DNA from: Cyanobacteriota bacterium erpe_2018_sw_21hr_WHONDRS-SW48-000092_B_bin.40
GTDB lineage: Bacteria; Cyanobacteriota; Vampirovibrionia; Obscuribacterales; Obscuribacteraceae
Assembly (NCBI GenBank): GCA_030917395.1
Contig: JAUPUU010000106.1
Location: forward strand, 2,806 to 66,805
Length of the DNA stretch: 64,000 bases
Reading direction: 5' to 3'
Shown here piece after piece: positions 34,186-43,545 of the stretch. The position numbers and the translations under genes were made by a program. The notes below the pieces were generated by a model, which ran no database searches, was not told the origin of the DNA, and was given only the letters and a program-made list of their open reading frames with translations. Numbering within the stretch: position 1 is the first letter of the stretch; each line of letters opens with the position of its first letter.

Positions 34186-35703
34186 TCATGGCTTTTTATT
34201 AGGCAATCTCACTCTAAATGTCGTACCAGCAAATGGTGCCGATATACAAGCTATTGACCCCCCTGCGCTCTCAACGATACGACCAGCAACATAAAGGCCC
34301 AACCCCGAAGGCTTTCGTGTAGCAGAGCGAGACGGTGTTACACGCTCAAAAAGACTAGGCAGAAGCTCTGGATCAACACCATCTCCATCATCTATGACTT
34401 GCAACACCAGGGCATTGTCACTATCAAGATCTGCGGAAAGTATAATTTCGCTACCATGCTGGGCATGGGTGCAGGCATTATGCAAAAGATTGATTAATAC
34501 TCGATGGAGACAAAATGAATCGCAATAGACAAAATTGCAATCGTCAGCAATTTTTATTGAAGCAGTAAGATTGCGCTCGACAAAAAATGGTTCTAACTCT
34601 TGCAAGCAAGACGCAACAATATCGACCAGGTCTTGAATAGCTACATATGGCTTACTCTCAGCCACTTCATCTTTATGAACATAAAGCAAATTGCTGACCA
34701 TACTGATCATCTTCTGGTTACTTCCACGCAGCTTCAAGATTGCCTCTTCAAGCTTATCGCTCAACTCACCAAATTGACCTTTTGCGATCGCACTCAGTAC
34801 TCTATCGGCGCCGATCAAGGGGACTTTCATTTCATTCATCATAGCCATATTTAGCGCTTCCATTTCTTGTGTGCGTTCAACTCTCTCTGTAACGTTCGCG
34901 GCAATCAAAATCAAGCCGGTGACTATATCTCGCTTGCTGTCCTTAATCGGCCAAATGGCAATATCCCAATACTCAGAGCGCTCGCGAGTAATGCTATCTA
35001 CTCGCACTTCAAAGTTAGCAATGCGGCAGGGCTTGGCTGTGCGCAACACTTTCTCAAAACAAACAACAGGCAACTGCGGAATGAAATTGAAAATACGCTT
35101 GCCCTTTAAATTCTCGCCAAGATAAGAAAAACCTTCCACAAAAGCTTGATTCGCTTCAGTCACAAACAATCTAGTAGAAAGCTTGGCTGTAGCAATCGGA
35201 GAATATTCAATAATCTGCTTGGCAGTAGCACCATCGCCTTTAATAGCTTGAAACTTTGCCTTCTCTAAGCGCCCACGCTCAACAGCAAAGCGAACGGCAC
35301 GCACCAGGTCTACACCGGTAAGATGGTCACGGGTGATACAGTCTTGCGCACCATTTTGCAGAACCTGCAAAGCCAATTCACCGTCAGTGAAGTTGGTTAA
35401 AACCACAATCGGTGTGCCCGGAAAGAGCGAGTGAACTCGGGCAAGGTCACTCAAAGTCGAATCATCAAGTAAAGGCAAATCTAAAACCAAAACATCAAAA
35501 TGCCGAGCGGCAAGTACTTTCATGCCATCGTCGAGGTTAGTTACCCGTCCAACATCGACTAATCCCCTTTGTAGTTCACGCACCGCTCTCTCTGCATGAT
35601 CGTCTAACAAGTGATTCTCGCCCAATTGTCGATTGCTCTGAACAATCAAGACACTAAGCGGCAATTTTATGCCAGCCAAATCTAAGAACAAAAGCGAGTC
35701 CAT
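34186..35703 (-). CDS. Receiver-PAS-kinase-like hybrid protein with an atypical H-box
   Basis: The receiver has FDVLVLDLPLLD. A PAS-like middle region follows. The H-box position reads AMMNEMKVPL (Asn where His is expected). HATPase_c is intact (LINLLHNAC, DDGDGVD, GLGLYVAGRIVESAGGSI). Confidence 0.8.
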   Translation of the reverse strand: MDSLLFLDLAGIKLPLSVLIVQSNRQLGENHLLDDHAERAVRELQRGLVDVGRVTNLDDGMKVLAARHFDVLVLDLPLLDDSTLSDLARVHSLFPGTPIVVLTNFTDGELALQVLQNGAQDCITRDHLTGVDLVRAVRFAVERGRLEKAKFQAIKGDGATAKQIIEYSPIATAKLSTRLFVTEANQAFVEGFSYLGENLKGKRIFNFIPQLPVVCFEKVLRTAKPCRIANFEVRVDSITRERSEYWDIAIWPIKDSKRDIVTGLILIAANVTERVERTQEMEALNMAMMNEMKVPLIGADRVLSAIAKGQFGELSDKLEEAILKLRGSNQKMISMVSNLLYVHKDEVAESKPYVAIQDLVDIVASCLQELEPFFVERNLTASIKIADDCNFVYCDSFCLHRVLINLLHNACTHAQHGSEIILSADLDSDNALVLQVIDDGDGVDPELLPSLFERVTPSRSATRKPSGLGLYVAGRIVESAGGSIACISAPFAGTTFRVRLPNKKP

Positions 35704-35840
35704 AGACCCTCCCTGAACGGCTCGAAGCTCAAATTAGCAACCTACTAGCATCGTAGCAATGGCAGCACAAAGAAGTAATCGGTTGATCGGCGGATAAATC
35801 ACTTCCGATGCTTCGACTAAGACCCCTTAAAGAGTCGACT

Positions 35841-35871
35841 CCCGGAAGGTTGATGGCCTCAACCTACCGGG
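35841..35871. other. Strong 13-bp stem-loop in the 337-nt untranslated region upstream of 34186..35703
   Basis: CCCGGAAGGTTGA-tggcc-TCAACCTACCGGG has 12 of 13 positions paired. There is no adjacent T-run on either strand. Confidence 0.4.
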
Positions 35872-35988
35872 ATTCGTCTCTACCCCCACGGTAACTTTAT
35901 AAAATTGTGCTCTTCGCAGAACTCAGTGCTTTCGATTAGCGACTTGGGTGCGGTGCGTTTGCTCTATTAAACTAATGGCAACAACGTG

Positions 35989-36015
35989 AAAAAGACGTGA
36001 CTAAAAAATCACGCC
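35989..36015 (-). terminator. Intrinsic terminator after the N/Q-rich protein gene
   Basis: On the minus strand the RNA reads GGCGUGA-UUUUUUAG-UCACGUC followed by UUUUU. It lies 26 nt after the stop. Confidence 0.5.
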
Positions 36016-36040
36016 TCAATTATTTTTTCGATTTCGAATC

Positions 36041-37120
36041 TTAACGCATGCGACCGGAATTCATTAATACTGAATGCTGCAAAATCGAGAACTGTTGCTT
36101 GAGCTGGCCGTAGCGCATCTGCACAGTGGCATTTGGGCCAGCCTGGTTGAACTGGGTCTCAAAGTTGCTAAAGGCCGTCGCCATCAATTGCACCTGCATC
36201 TGCTGCTGGCCAAAACTATTGGAGCGGGCCAAACTATTGCCAGAGTTCTTAACGGTTGACTGCAATTGCTGCAAGGCATTGGCCATAGCAAAAATAGCAG
36301 AGGGATTGCTGGCATTAAATCCACCCGAACCGACCGACTTCTGAGCGAAACTAGAGAAGTCGCGCATGGCGTTGTTCAAGTCGCTGACGCGGCCGCTTAC
36401 GTTAACGCTGGTATTGGCAAACTGATTGCCAAAGTTGTTGTTGAAACCAGGATTATTAAATCCGCTGCTGCTGTTACCGAAACTATTGGTTCCAAAATTG
36501 TTGAAACTATTGTTGCCATTGAAAGCAGGATTAAATGCCGGATTGAAACCATGGTGAAAACCTGAGTGCATGCCAGATTGATTAACTCCGGCTTGGTAAT
36601 AGGGATTTCCGTAGGGATTAACGTTGGCATTGATGTTCGGGTTACCATAAGGATTGGCATTAGGATAACCATAGGGATTGCCGCCAAAATAGCCTATTTC
36701 GTTCTTTATATTCATCCAACGCGATGGCACGTCAGGAGAGTTACTAGCCAAGCCGATGAAATTATCAACACTGGCAGCACTGGCTTGCAGACTAGCAAAC
36801 TGCGGATTACCAAATTGGCCATTCTGATATTGATTATTATTCGAGCTGCTAGGAGCCCGTTTTACATCCTGGGTAAAGGCTTGCAACGCCGTGCAAAGCT
36901 GCATTTCCTGGCTTCCCACGGGCGGTGGCCACTTACCTTGCAGGGTCAAAGCGGTCTGCACCGAACGCACTAGCTGATCAGTGTCACGCTGCAAACTGTC
37001 ATTTCCACCCGCCTGCACTGCCGGAGCTTGCAACAGCGCAATGACAAACAGAGCCAGGGCAGACCTATGACTGAGGCGAAGAAAATTTGTCAAATTCTTG
37101 TGCATACCGGGCTTGTTCAA
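36041..37120 (-). CDS. Secreted N/Q/G-rich low-complexity protein
   Basis: A signal peptide (ALALFVIALLQAPAVQA) precedes a central region of NPYGNPN, FNPAFNPAFNGNN and NNFGNQF repeats flanked by Q-rich helical ends. Confidence 0.6.
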   Translation of the reverse strand: MNKPGMHKNLTNFLRLSHRSALALFVIALLQAPAVQAGGNDSLQRDTDQLVRSVQTALTLQGKWPPPVGSQEMQLCTALQAFTQDVKRAPSSSNNNQYQNGQFGNPQFASLQASAASVDNFIGLASNSPDVPSRWMNIKNEIGYFGGNPYGYPNANPYGNPNINANVNPYGNPYYQAGVNQSGMHSGFHHGFNPAFNPAFNGNNSFNNFGTNSFGNSSSGFNNPGFNNNFGNQFANTSVNVSGRVSDLNNAMRDFSSFAQKSVGSGGFNASNPSAIFAMANALQQLQSTVKNSGNSLARSNSFGQQQMQVQLMATAFSNFETQFNQAGPNATVQMRYGQLKQQFSILQHSVLMNSGRMR

Positions 37121-37133
37121 TTTTGATCTCCTT

Positions 37134-37481
37134 TTAGTTCGCCAAATCGTCTTTGACCACCAACTGGCCCTTATTCAGGCCAAACTTGGTCTTCTTGCCA
37201 ATAACTAAGTCGATAGAATTGACCAAATCTGGTTCTATCCGATTATGAAAAGTACTCTGGGCGTCTACCATTGCGCCGTCTACAACCACATCTGGTGGCA
37301 CATCCTGAAGCACACGAATGACCGTTCCTTGAGCCGTGTTAGCCTCAAGCTTCTCCGCCTTGTGCATAGCAACTTCGCTCACAGCGATTTCACTGCCAGC
37401 ATAGTATCCCGCCCCCATAGCGATGGGCACGAGGAACAAGAAATACTTGATTGGCTTCAGGGTGGTGTCTTTCTCAGTCAT
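37134..37481 (-). CDS. Small membrane-anchored SAF-domain-like protein
   Basis: An N-terminal TM span precedes VIRVLQDVPPDVVVDGAMV...VIGKKTKFGLNKGQLVVKDDL, which resembles the SAF/CpaB N-terminal pattern by eye. Confidence 0.5.
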   Translation of the reverse strand: MTEKDTTLKPIKYFLFLVPIAMGAGYYAGSEIAVSEVAMHKAEKLEANTAQGTVIRVLQDVPPDVVVDGAMVDAQSTFHNRIEPDLVNSIDLVIGKKTKFGLNKGQLVVKDDLAN

Positions 37482-37490
37482 TTAATCTAT

Positions 37491-37835
37491 TCACTTGAGG
37501 TCCGGCAGAATATCATGCTTGGCTAAATGATGACCTTTCGCCAGCGCCCACTTGGTTTTGCGCCCGATGCAATCAGAGGCAAAAGAAAAAGCATCAAGGG
37601 CGATGTGGTCGACAGTTTCGTAGTGTTCATCAATATTACTGCTGTCAATTTCAGCCCCAGCAGGAATATCTTTTGTCAAAGCCACTAGCTTGATGCGCAA
37701 CGGCTCAGCGCCAATAGCAGGGCTCTGCTGGGCGGAATGCCAGACATTGAACCAGCCCCAATAATAGGTTGCACTGGTACAAGCCAGAAAGGCAAACATC
37801 ACTCCTAATATCACTAATAATTGCTTTGCAGCCAT
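37491..37835 (-). CDS. Small membrane-anchored SAF-domain-like protein (paralog)
   Basis: An N-terminal TM span precedes LVALTKDIPAGAEIDSSNI...CIGRKTKWALAKGHHLAKHDI. The layout matches the neighbouring gene. Confidence 0.5.
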   Translation of the reverse strand: MAAKQLLVILGVMFAFLACTSATYYWGWFNVWHSAQQSPAIGAEPLRIKLVALTKDIPAGAEIDSSNIDEHYETVDHIALDAFSFASDCIGRKTKWALAKGHHLAKHDILPDLK

Positions 37836-37843
37836 TGCCCTAT

Positions 37844-37906
37844 GCCGTTAAATTTGCCGCTAGGCTTGCCTTCAAACCAGTCTTCAAGCTAGCCGTTAAA
37901 CTTGCC
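37844..37906. repeat. Two copies of a 15-mer (GCCGTTAAAYTTGCC) 48 bp apart in a divergent promoter region
   Basis: Copies lie at 37844-37858 and 37892-37906 with one mismatch. They sit between the SAF operon and the 38074 gene. Confidence 0.5.
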
Positions 37907-38073
37907 ATGAAAATAATCGCTCAGCCTAAAATCGTAGCACTAATGGGCCACTCAACCCCCGTCAGTATTGCGCCAGGAGCGAACGAGCTTAATGTAGTGT
38001 GCGTATTCCCCCCATTACAACCAGAGATGGATTGCCTTATCTTATGGATTAGCAATCGACTCAGGAGCCAGCA

Positions 38074-39657
38074 ATGTCTGATCAGCCAAAAGAAAACCCG
38101 GTCTTCAAAAGCTTTAGCGGCGGGCTTAATCTAAACTCAGTAGACATTCACAAGAGCCTAGGGCCCAAAGCTACAGACGCTCCTGCATCAACCGCCAAAG
38201 ATTTACCCGGCCTAACTGTACAAACAGAACCAACTCTGCGCCGCTTGCCAGCAACAACCGAGCAAGCTGCTCCGACTGATACAACTCTGCGCCGCTTACC
38301 AGCAACAACCGAACAAGCTGCTCCGACCGAGACTATTCTTCGTCGAGTGCCAGAGCCAAAGCCAGTTCCGCCACCTATCAAAGATGATGAAATTCCCCGC
38401 CCACACCGCAGCAAACTCACTGCCGGTCAAGAATTGAGCAATATGGTAGAAATTCCATCAGCCTTGCTCTCGGGTTTCATGATGGCCAAGCGCGGCAGTC
38501 AAAACGCTGCCGAATCAGCCGGCGCTAAGGTTGCCACCCTAAGCGACCACGCCATTCCACAAAGCCTTGCTACTGATTTCAATATCAGTCGTGAAGACCT
38601 GACCACAAGACTGAGAAGCAAACTCACCCAAGCAAGCACAACAGCAGATGCCGCATTTCAAGCTGACCCTACTCTGCTTGACAAAGGCTATCGCTTCGAA
38701 TTCGAAAAAGCCAACCTGGCTGATGACCTGGTCAAGAAACTCCATCGCCCAGGCGACCTAGATGAAGTACTCAAGGCCATCGACAATGTGCCCAAAACAG
38801 CTCTAACTCCTGAGCAACTGGTGCAAGTCAGTGAATACTCTGAACACCTCGGCAAGAGCCCACTTTTGCAACAAGAAGAACTGACAAAATGGACCGCCGA
38901 ACTCGACGTACATGCTGAGAAATTCAGGAAGGCACTAGCTGAAGCTGGCCCTGGCGGTACTAGTGAACTAACCGAAGCTGGTCGCGCCGCCAATCTTGCT
39001 GAGAAAGAATTTTATGGCAGCTTGCAGAATCTACGCGCCAATATTGGCTTGAGCAAACACGCTGCTGATTTGGAAATGCAAGAATTGATGAAAAGCAATC
39101 CATCGCTCTTCGAAACAGGTAGAAGATTTGAATTTGATCCAGCCCTCAGCGCCGAAAAAGTTGCCGAGCTGAAACGCCCAGAACAACTCAAAGGTCTGCT
39201 TGGCCAAATTGAAAAAACTCACGCTCCTGGTGCTGAAAAGCTCATCACCAGCCAGGGAGAACACCTCGCAGCCCTGAAAGGCTTGAGCAAACACCCAGTT
39301 ATCGAAAGCGAAGGCTTGTCAGATATGGCTGCCACTCTAGAGAGAAATGCTGGCAAAATTATTGAATCGAGAGGCAAAGCTTTCAGCTTACTCGGCCAAG
39401 AACAAGCAAGTTTCATGAAAACCAGCTTGCTCACCTTAGGCGCTGGTGTAGGCATCAACTGGGCTGTGGACAAATTAGCATTCCGCGACCAAACCGCTGG
39501 CGTTCTAACCCATGGCGCTAACATTCTCGGACCAGGTATTTTGCTCTCAAACTACAAACCACAGATAAAGCTGGGCGTAATTGTTGGTTCACACGTCTTG
39601 GCCCGCATCGCCGAGATGCCCAGCAAAGACCACCTAGAAAGCTCTTTCAAGAAATAA
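38074..39657 (+). CDS. Hypothetical repeat protein with a C-terminal hydrophobic region
   Basis: It has tandem 17-aa repeats (TLRRLPATTEQAAPTD/ET), two ~130-aa internally duplicated helical modules (each with R-F-E-F) and C-terminal TM-like segments. Confidence 0.6.
   Translation: MSDQPKENPVFKSFSGGLNLNSVDIHKSLGPKATDAPASTAKDLPGLTVQTEPTLRRLPATTEQAAPTDTTLRRLPATTEQAAPTETILRRVPEPKPVPPPIKDDEIPRPHRSKLTAGQELSNMVEIPSALLSGFMMAKRGSQNAAESAGAKVATLSDHAIPQSLATDFNISREDLTTRLRSKLTQASTTADAAFQADPTLLDKGYRFEFEKANLADDLVKKLHRPGDLDEVLKAIDNVPKTALTPEQLVQVSEYSEHLGKSPLLQQEELTKWTAELDVHAEKFRKALAEAGPGGTSELTEAGRAANLAEKEFYGSLQNLRANIGLSKHAADLEMQELMKSNPSLFETGRRFEFDPALSAEKVAELKRPEQLKGLLGQIEKTHAPGAEKLITSQGEHLAALKGLSKHPVIESEGLSDMAATLERNAGKIIESRGKAFSLLGQEQASFMKTSLLTLGAGVGINWAVDKLAFRDQTAGVLTHGANILGPGILLSNYKPQIKLGVIVGSHVLARIAEMPSKDHLESSFKK
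38230..38350 (+). repeat. 51-bp tandem repeat (about 2.4 copies) inside the CDS
   Basis: actctgcgccgcttgccagcaacaaccgagcaagctgctccgac recurs 51 nt later with 3 substitutions. A third, degenerate partial copy follows. Confidence 0.8.
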
Positions 39658-39780
39658 GCTCTAAACGTTTAGACGAGTAAACAAGCACTTCAATCGCGTT
39701 AACTTCGATTGAAATAGCCTGACATTATTGCCAAAATGGTCACTAACATCTTGGTTACTAATGGAGCCTCGCATATTTTT

Positions 39781-40392
39781 ATGAGCAAATACAATAAATT
39801 ATCGAAAGATGATGCTGCCGTATTATTAGTCGACCATCAAGCTGGTTTGCTCTCGCTGGTGAGAGACTTCACCCCTGACGAATTCAAGAACAACGTGTTA
39901 GCCCTGGCTGACCTGGCAAAATTCTTCAACTTACCGACAATTTTGACCACAAGCTTTGAGCAAGGCCCCAACGGCCCACTCGTGCCCGAGCTCAAAGCCA
40001 TGTTTCCAGATGCTCCATATATTGCTCGCCCTGGCCAAATTAACGCTTGGGACAACGCCGATTTCGTCGCCGCAGTAAAGAAAACTGGACGCAAACAATT
40101 GATTATTGCCGGTGTAGTTACCGACGTTTGTGTTGCCTTCCCCGCTCTTTCAGCGCTGGAAGAAGGTTTTGAAGTATTTGTTGTCACCGATGCCTCTGGC
40201 ACATTTAACACCACAGTGCGCGATGCAGCCTGGAGTCGCATGACTCAAAACGGTGCGCAATTGATGAACTGGTTCAGTGTCGCTTGCGAATTGCACCGCG
40301 ACTGGCGCAACGACATCGAAGGGCTTGGCGCCTTGCTCTCCAATCACCTACCGGCCTACAGCAATTTGATGCAGAGCTATTCGCAGAAGTAA
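39781..40392 (+). CDS. Isochorismatase-family (YcaC-like) cysteine hydrolase
   Basis: AAVLLVDHQAGL, QLIIAGVVTDVCVAFPALSALEEGFEVFVVTDASG (catalytic Cys context). The ATG is at 39781. Confidence 0.85.
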   Translation: MSKYNKLSKDDAAVLLVDHQAGLLSLVRDFTPDEFKNNVLALADLAKFFNLPTILTTSFEQGPNGPLVPELKAMFPDAPYIARPGQINAWDNADFVAAVKKTGRKQLIIAGVVTDVCVAFPALSALEEGFEVFVVTDASGTFNTTVRDAAWSRMTQNGAQLMNWFSVACELHRDWRNDIEGLGALLSNHLPAYSNLMQSYSQK

Positions 40393-40594
40393 GTGCTGGC
40401 TGCGCAACCAATCTAATAATTAACAAAAAACGAGTGGCTGCACCCAGTCGCTGGCAATTCAAAAGACTGCAACTAGTCAATTGGTGGGCTTAGCCGGCGG
40501 CGTGGCGCTGACGTAGGCCAAATTTGGGTATGACTATTTTTGCTAGGATGAAATTCATGGTTCTTTTACCAAGTCGAGATTCGAGAAGCATTAA

Positions 40595-41956
40595 ATGCGC
40601 CGCAAGAACATTCCTTCACTACCGCTGCTCTTATCGCTTCTTTCATCGCTTTCAGTAGCGACCGAAATTACCTTTGCTGGCGCCAGCTATGCTAACAACG
40701 GCGTCACAGACTACTTCCCGCCCCCTGTACCAGTCGTACCAAATCAACGACCGCTAACTTCAGGTGTTAGCAGCACTGGCCCCTTGCAAGGCGGCATCAA
40801 AAGCGAAACACAACTAAATCCATCACTGCGGCTCTTTCCTCAATTTCAAGGTCAAGTCAACGGCAATGGCGCCTACGGTCGCCCGTTGTCACCCCTTAGA
40901 GATTCATACACCCCGGAACAAATTCGCGGCAATGTACACACAGGCGGCACCAATGGTGGCATAAACGGCGGGCCAGTGGAGCTGCTCGGCGACACCGCCA
41001 GAGGTGGCAACGGCAGAATGTACGGCTTGATTGCGCCCATATCTTCCTATACCAGGACCCCGGCTCACGGCGTGGTCAACTATGTTCCAGGCTCAAATGT
41101 CACATCAATATTTAGTGGCAGTAGCAGGTCGGTTGACACCACCCCCAATCACTACCAGACAGTTGGTAAAGGCGTAACAGTTCTATCACCGGAGCTAGCA
41201 GTTTCGTCCGTGCCAGTTCCTGTTACTGCGCAACCGACCACATTTTTCGGCGGACGCATGGTAGGCTCTGCCTTAGGTACGCTAACAAGTGCTATTCAGC
41301 CTGCACTGCAAATGATTGCGCCGGGAATATACACAGTTAGTAATTTACGAACCAGTCTTCCTCAAGTTGAAGAGACTCATTACATCACCAAACACGGTAT
41401 CACTACAGCACCGGGTTATGAAGTAACTATTACGCCACCAGGCCAAAGTAAAGAGACCTTGGGCGGCCGCTGGTCAGCCAATCAGCCGACACCAGTTAGC
41501 TTGAGCGCTGTGCCAGGCACCCTGCAATCGCAGAGAATTTTCACCCGGATAGAACCAGTTAGTGAGATGGCGAGAACCCGTGTACTCACCCAATTCCAAG
41601 CACCACCTTGCGACACTTGGCCGCAATGGTATCGCGTCGTAGCTAAAGCAATCTACACTCGCTGGCAGACAGCCGATGTCTGCCCGGGAACAGCAAAACT
41701 TGAAGTGACAATCAAACCAGACCACGACATTTCCGGCCGAGTGGTCGAATTCATTCCTGCCACTGACGTTGAACGCAATATACCAAGAGAAACAGAATTC
41801 AGAGAGACAGCTGTGCAGATTGTTGATCAAGTGGGCTTCTTTGAAATTCCTGATTTCCCCAAGCCACCAGCCAATCAAGTTACCTTTGATATTGACCTCA
41901 AACGCACTGTTGATGGTCCAACTGGTGTTTCAATTGTAGGCGTGCCAGCGAAATAA
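40595..41956 (+). CDS. Secreted hypothetical protein
   Basis: A signal peptide and G/P/T-rich middle region are present. The C-terminal ~100 aa vaguely resembles a TonB-C-like fold, but this is unsupported by motifs. Confidence 0.5.
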   Translation: MRRKNIPSLPLLLSLLSSLSVATEITFAGASYANNGVTDYFPPPVPVVPNQRPLTSGVSSTGPLQGGIKSETQLNPSLRLFPQFQGQVNGNGAYGRPLSPLRDSYTPEQIRGNVHTGGTNGGINGGPVELLGDTARGGNGRMYGLIAPISSYTRTPAHGVVNYVPGSNVTSIFSGSSRSVDTTPNHYQTVGKGVTVLSPELAVSSVPVPVTAQPTTFFGGRMVGSALGTLTSAIQPALQMIAPGIYTVSNLRTSLPQVEETHYITKHGITTAPGYEVTITPPGQSKETLGGRWSANQPTPVSLSAVPGTLQSQRIFTRIEPVSEMARTRVLTQFQAPPCDTWPQWYRVVAKAIYTRWQTADVCPGTAKLEVTIKPDHDISGRVVEFIPATDVERNIPRETEFRETAVQIVDQVGFFEIPDFPKPPANQVTFDIDLKRTVDGPTGVSIVGVPAK

Positions 41957-42151
41957 GCGAGATATGCACTGCCTGCAATATCTGTCAGCACATTAATGTC
42001 GCTAACACTATTTAACAGCGGACCAGCGACTGCAGAACAATCTACACCACGCGGTTTTAGTTAAGGTGAATCCAACTAAGCTCTTTAGAACCTAGCACAA
42101 GGCGATAAAGTCTAAATTGACAAACTGGCTTACCAATGCCTTAATTCACAA

Positions 42152-43516
42152 ATGGCTGACACCTATTTAGAGCACACATATCATTATTTAACCCCTAGCG
42201 TTCTAAAAACTAGCTCGGGGTCGGCGAAGCTTCTGCTTGCAACATCTAAGCAGGCAGAAATTTACCCCTATTTTTTTGAGGGCAACCTGCTTCAACCACA
42301 CGCCACTGCCAAGCTCTTACTGGTTTTATCGAAGCTGGTAAGCACTCGATTCTATACACCTACGAATATGTTAGAAAAAGCGATTGCCGAAGCAGACCCT
42401 GTTGTCACCAGTGGCGGTGGCTTACTAAGATTCGAAGGATTCAGCGCCTGTTGTAGCACTTATGCGCGCATAGATATAACGCCAGAAGGATACAAAGGGG
42501 AGATTGTCGAAAACGGCACAACCAATGTTGACTTTAATGCTCCAATGCGAGCCACACTAGCTATGATACGAGATCAAGATCTCCTTGCTCTTTCAGTCGG
42601 GGAAGCAGAAGTAGTACTCAAGCATGGACCTGAGCAAGTGGTCGAAAAGAAAGTGAAGCTTCCTTATCGCTGGCTCAAGGGGTTCGTAGAGGTTCAAGCC
42701 TATCAGGCAAAGATGGAACACTGTCTAACTCTAGGACGCGCCGAAACAATTAAATTCCTGCGTTCGATTCCCAGTCAGACATCTAGTCACTCTGACTTCT
42801 GGGCAATACCGGCCGGAAAAGGCTTGAGGCTCACACAGATGGCAAATTCTTCAGGTGTGAAGGTGGGTGGGCTAGAACGACTACGCCTATTGCGAGACTT
42901 AGCACCTCTAGCGGATCAGCTGCGGATATTCGCACCATCCAACGGCGAATCATCCGAATGGCAATTGAAGTGTGGCGGTCTCAACTTTACTTTGACATTG
43001 ACGGCTGAGTCTTCACGCGGTTTCTCCGGCGAAGGACAGGTATTAGATAGCCTCGCATTTGCTCAGTCAAACAACGTATCTAAAGTATTGGCAGCCCTAA
43101 AATGGCAATCTAAACTAGAGCCTGAAAGGCTAGCAGCCATCTGCGAAATTGAGAACGACAAAGTAAAACAAGCTCTGAGCATTCTCGGTTCGAGAGGTTT
43201 GGTCGGCTTTGATGTCGATCGTGGATACTTTCACAGAGAGCTGCCGTTTGATATAGAAAAAGTTGAGACAGTTCATCCCAGACTGATAGCTGCGCGAAAA
43301 CTTTTGGCAACCGATCGCGTCACTATCAACAAAAGCCATGAAGATTCAATCGAAGCTTACGTCAGTGGAACAGATACCAGACATTTTGTGCGACTGGCAT
43401 CTGCCGAAGAAAAGTGCACCTGCCCCTGGCAGGTGAAATACGAAGGCGCACGCGGATCGTGCAAGCACATTCTTGCTGTCAAACTAATGGTAAATCAACT
43501 AAACAGTAACATTTAA
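42152..43516 (+). CDS. SWIM zinc-finger family protein
   Basis: The C-terminal SWIM signature is EKCTCPWQVKYEGARGSCKHILAVKLM (CxC...CxH). N-terminal conserved-looking blocks are DPVVTSGGGLLRFEGFSACCSTYARIDI, GTTNVDFNAPMR and KVKLPYRWLKGFVEVQ. Confidence 0.8.
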   Translation: MADTYLEHTYHYLTPSVLKTSSGSAKLLLATSKQAEIYPYFFEGNLLQPHATAKLLLVLSKLVSTRFYTPTNMLEKAIAEADPVVTSGGGLLRFEGFSACCSTYARIDITPEGYKGEIVENGTTNVDFNAPMRATLAMIRDQDLLALSVGEAEVVLKHGPEQVVEKKVKLPYRWLKGFVEVQAYQAKMEHCLTLGRAETIKFLRSIPSQTSSHSDFWAIPAGKGLRLTQMANSSGVKVGGLERLRLLRDLAPLADQLRIFAPSNGESSEWQLKCGGLNFTLTLTAESSRGFSGEGQVLDSLAFAQSNNVSKVLAALKWQSKLEPERLAAICEIENDKVKQALSILGSRGLVGFDVDRGYFHRELPFDIEKVETVHPRLIAARKLLATDRVTINKSHEDSIEAYVSGTDTRHFVRLASAEEKCTCPWQVKYEGARGSCKHILAVKLMVNQLNSNI

Positions 43517-43545
43517 AATAAAAAGGTACCTCGAGTCGATTAGTA

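Noticed and set aside
37769-38134. A 121-aa plus-strand ORF covers the divergent promoter region.
   Set aside because: It overlaps the starts of genes on both sides. Its AVKFAARLAFKPVFKLAVKLAMK segment is just the translated direct repeat.
38230-38350. The 51-bp tandem repeat was considered as a possible CRISPR or minisatellite locus.
   Set aside because: The units are contiguous with no spacers, lie in frame inside a long ORF, and encode a repeated 17-aa peptide.
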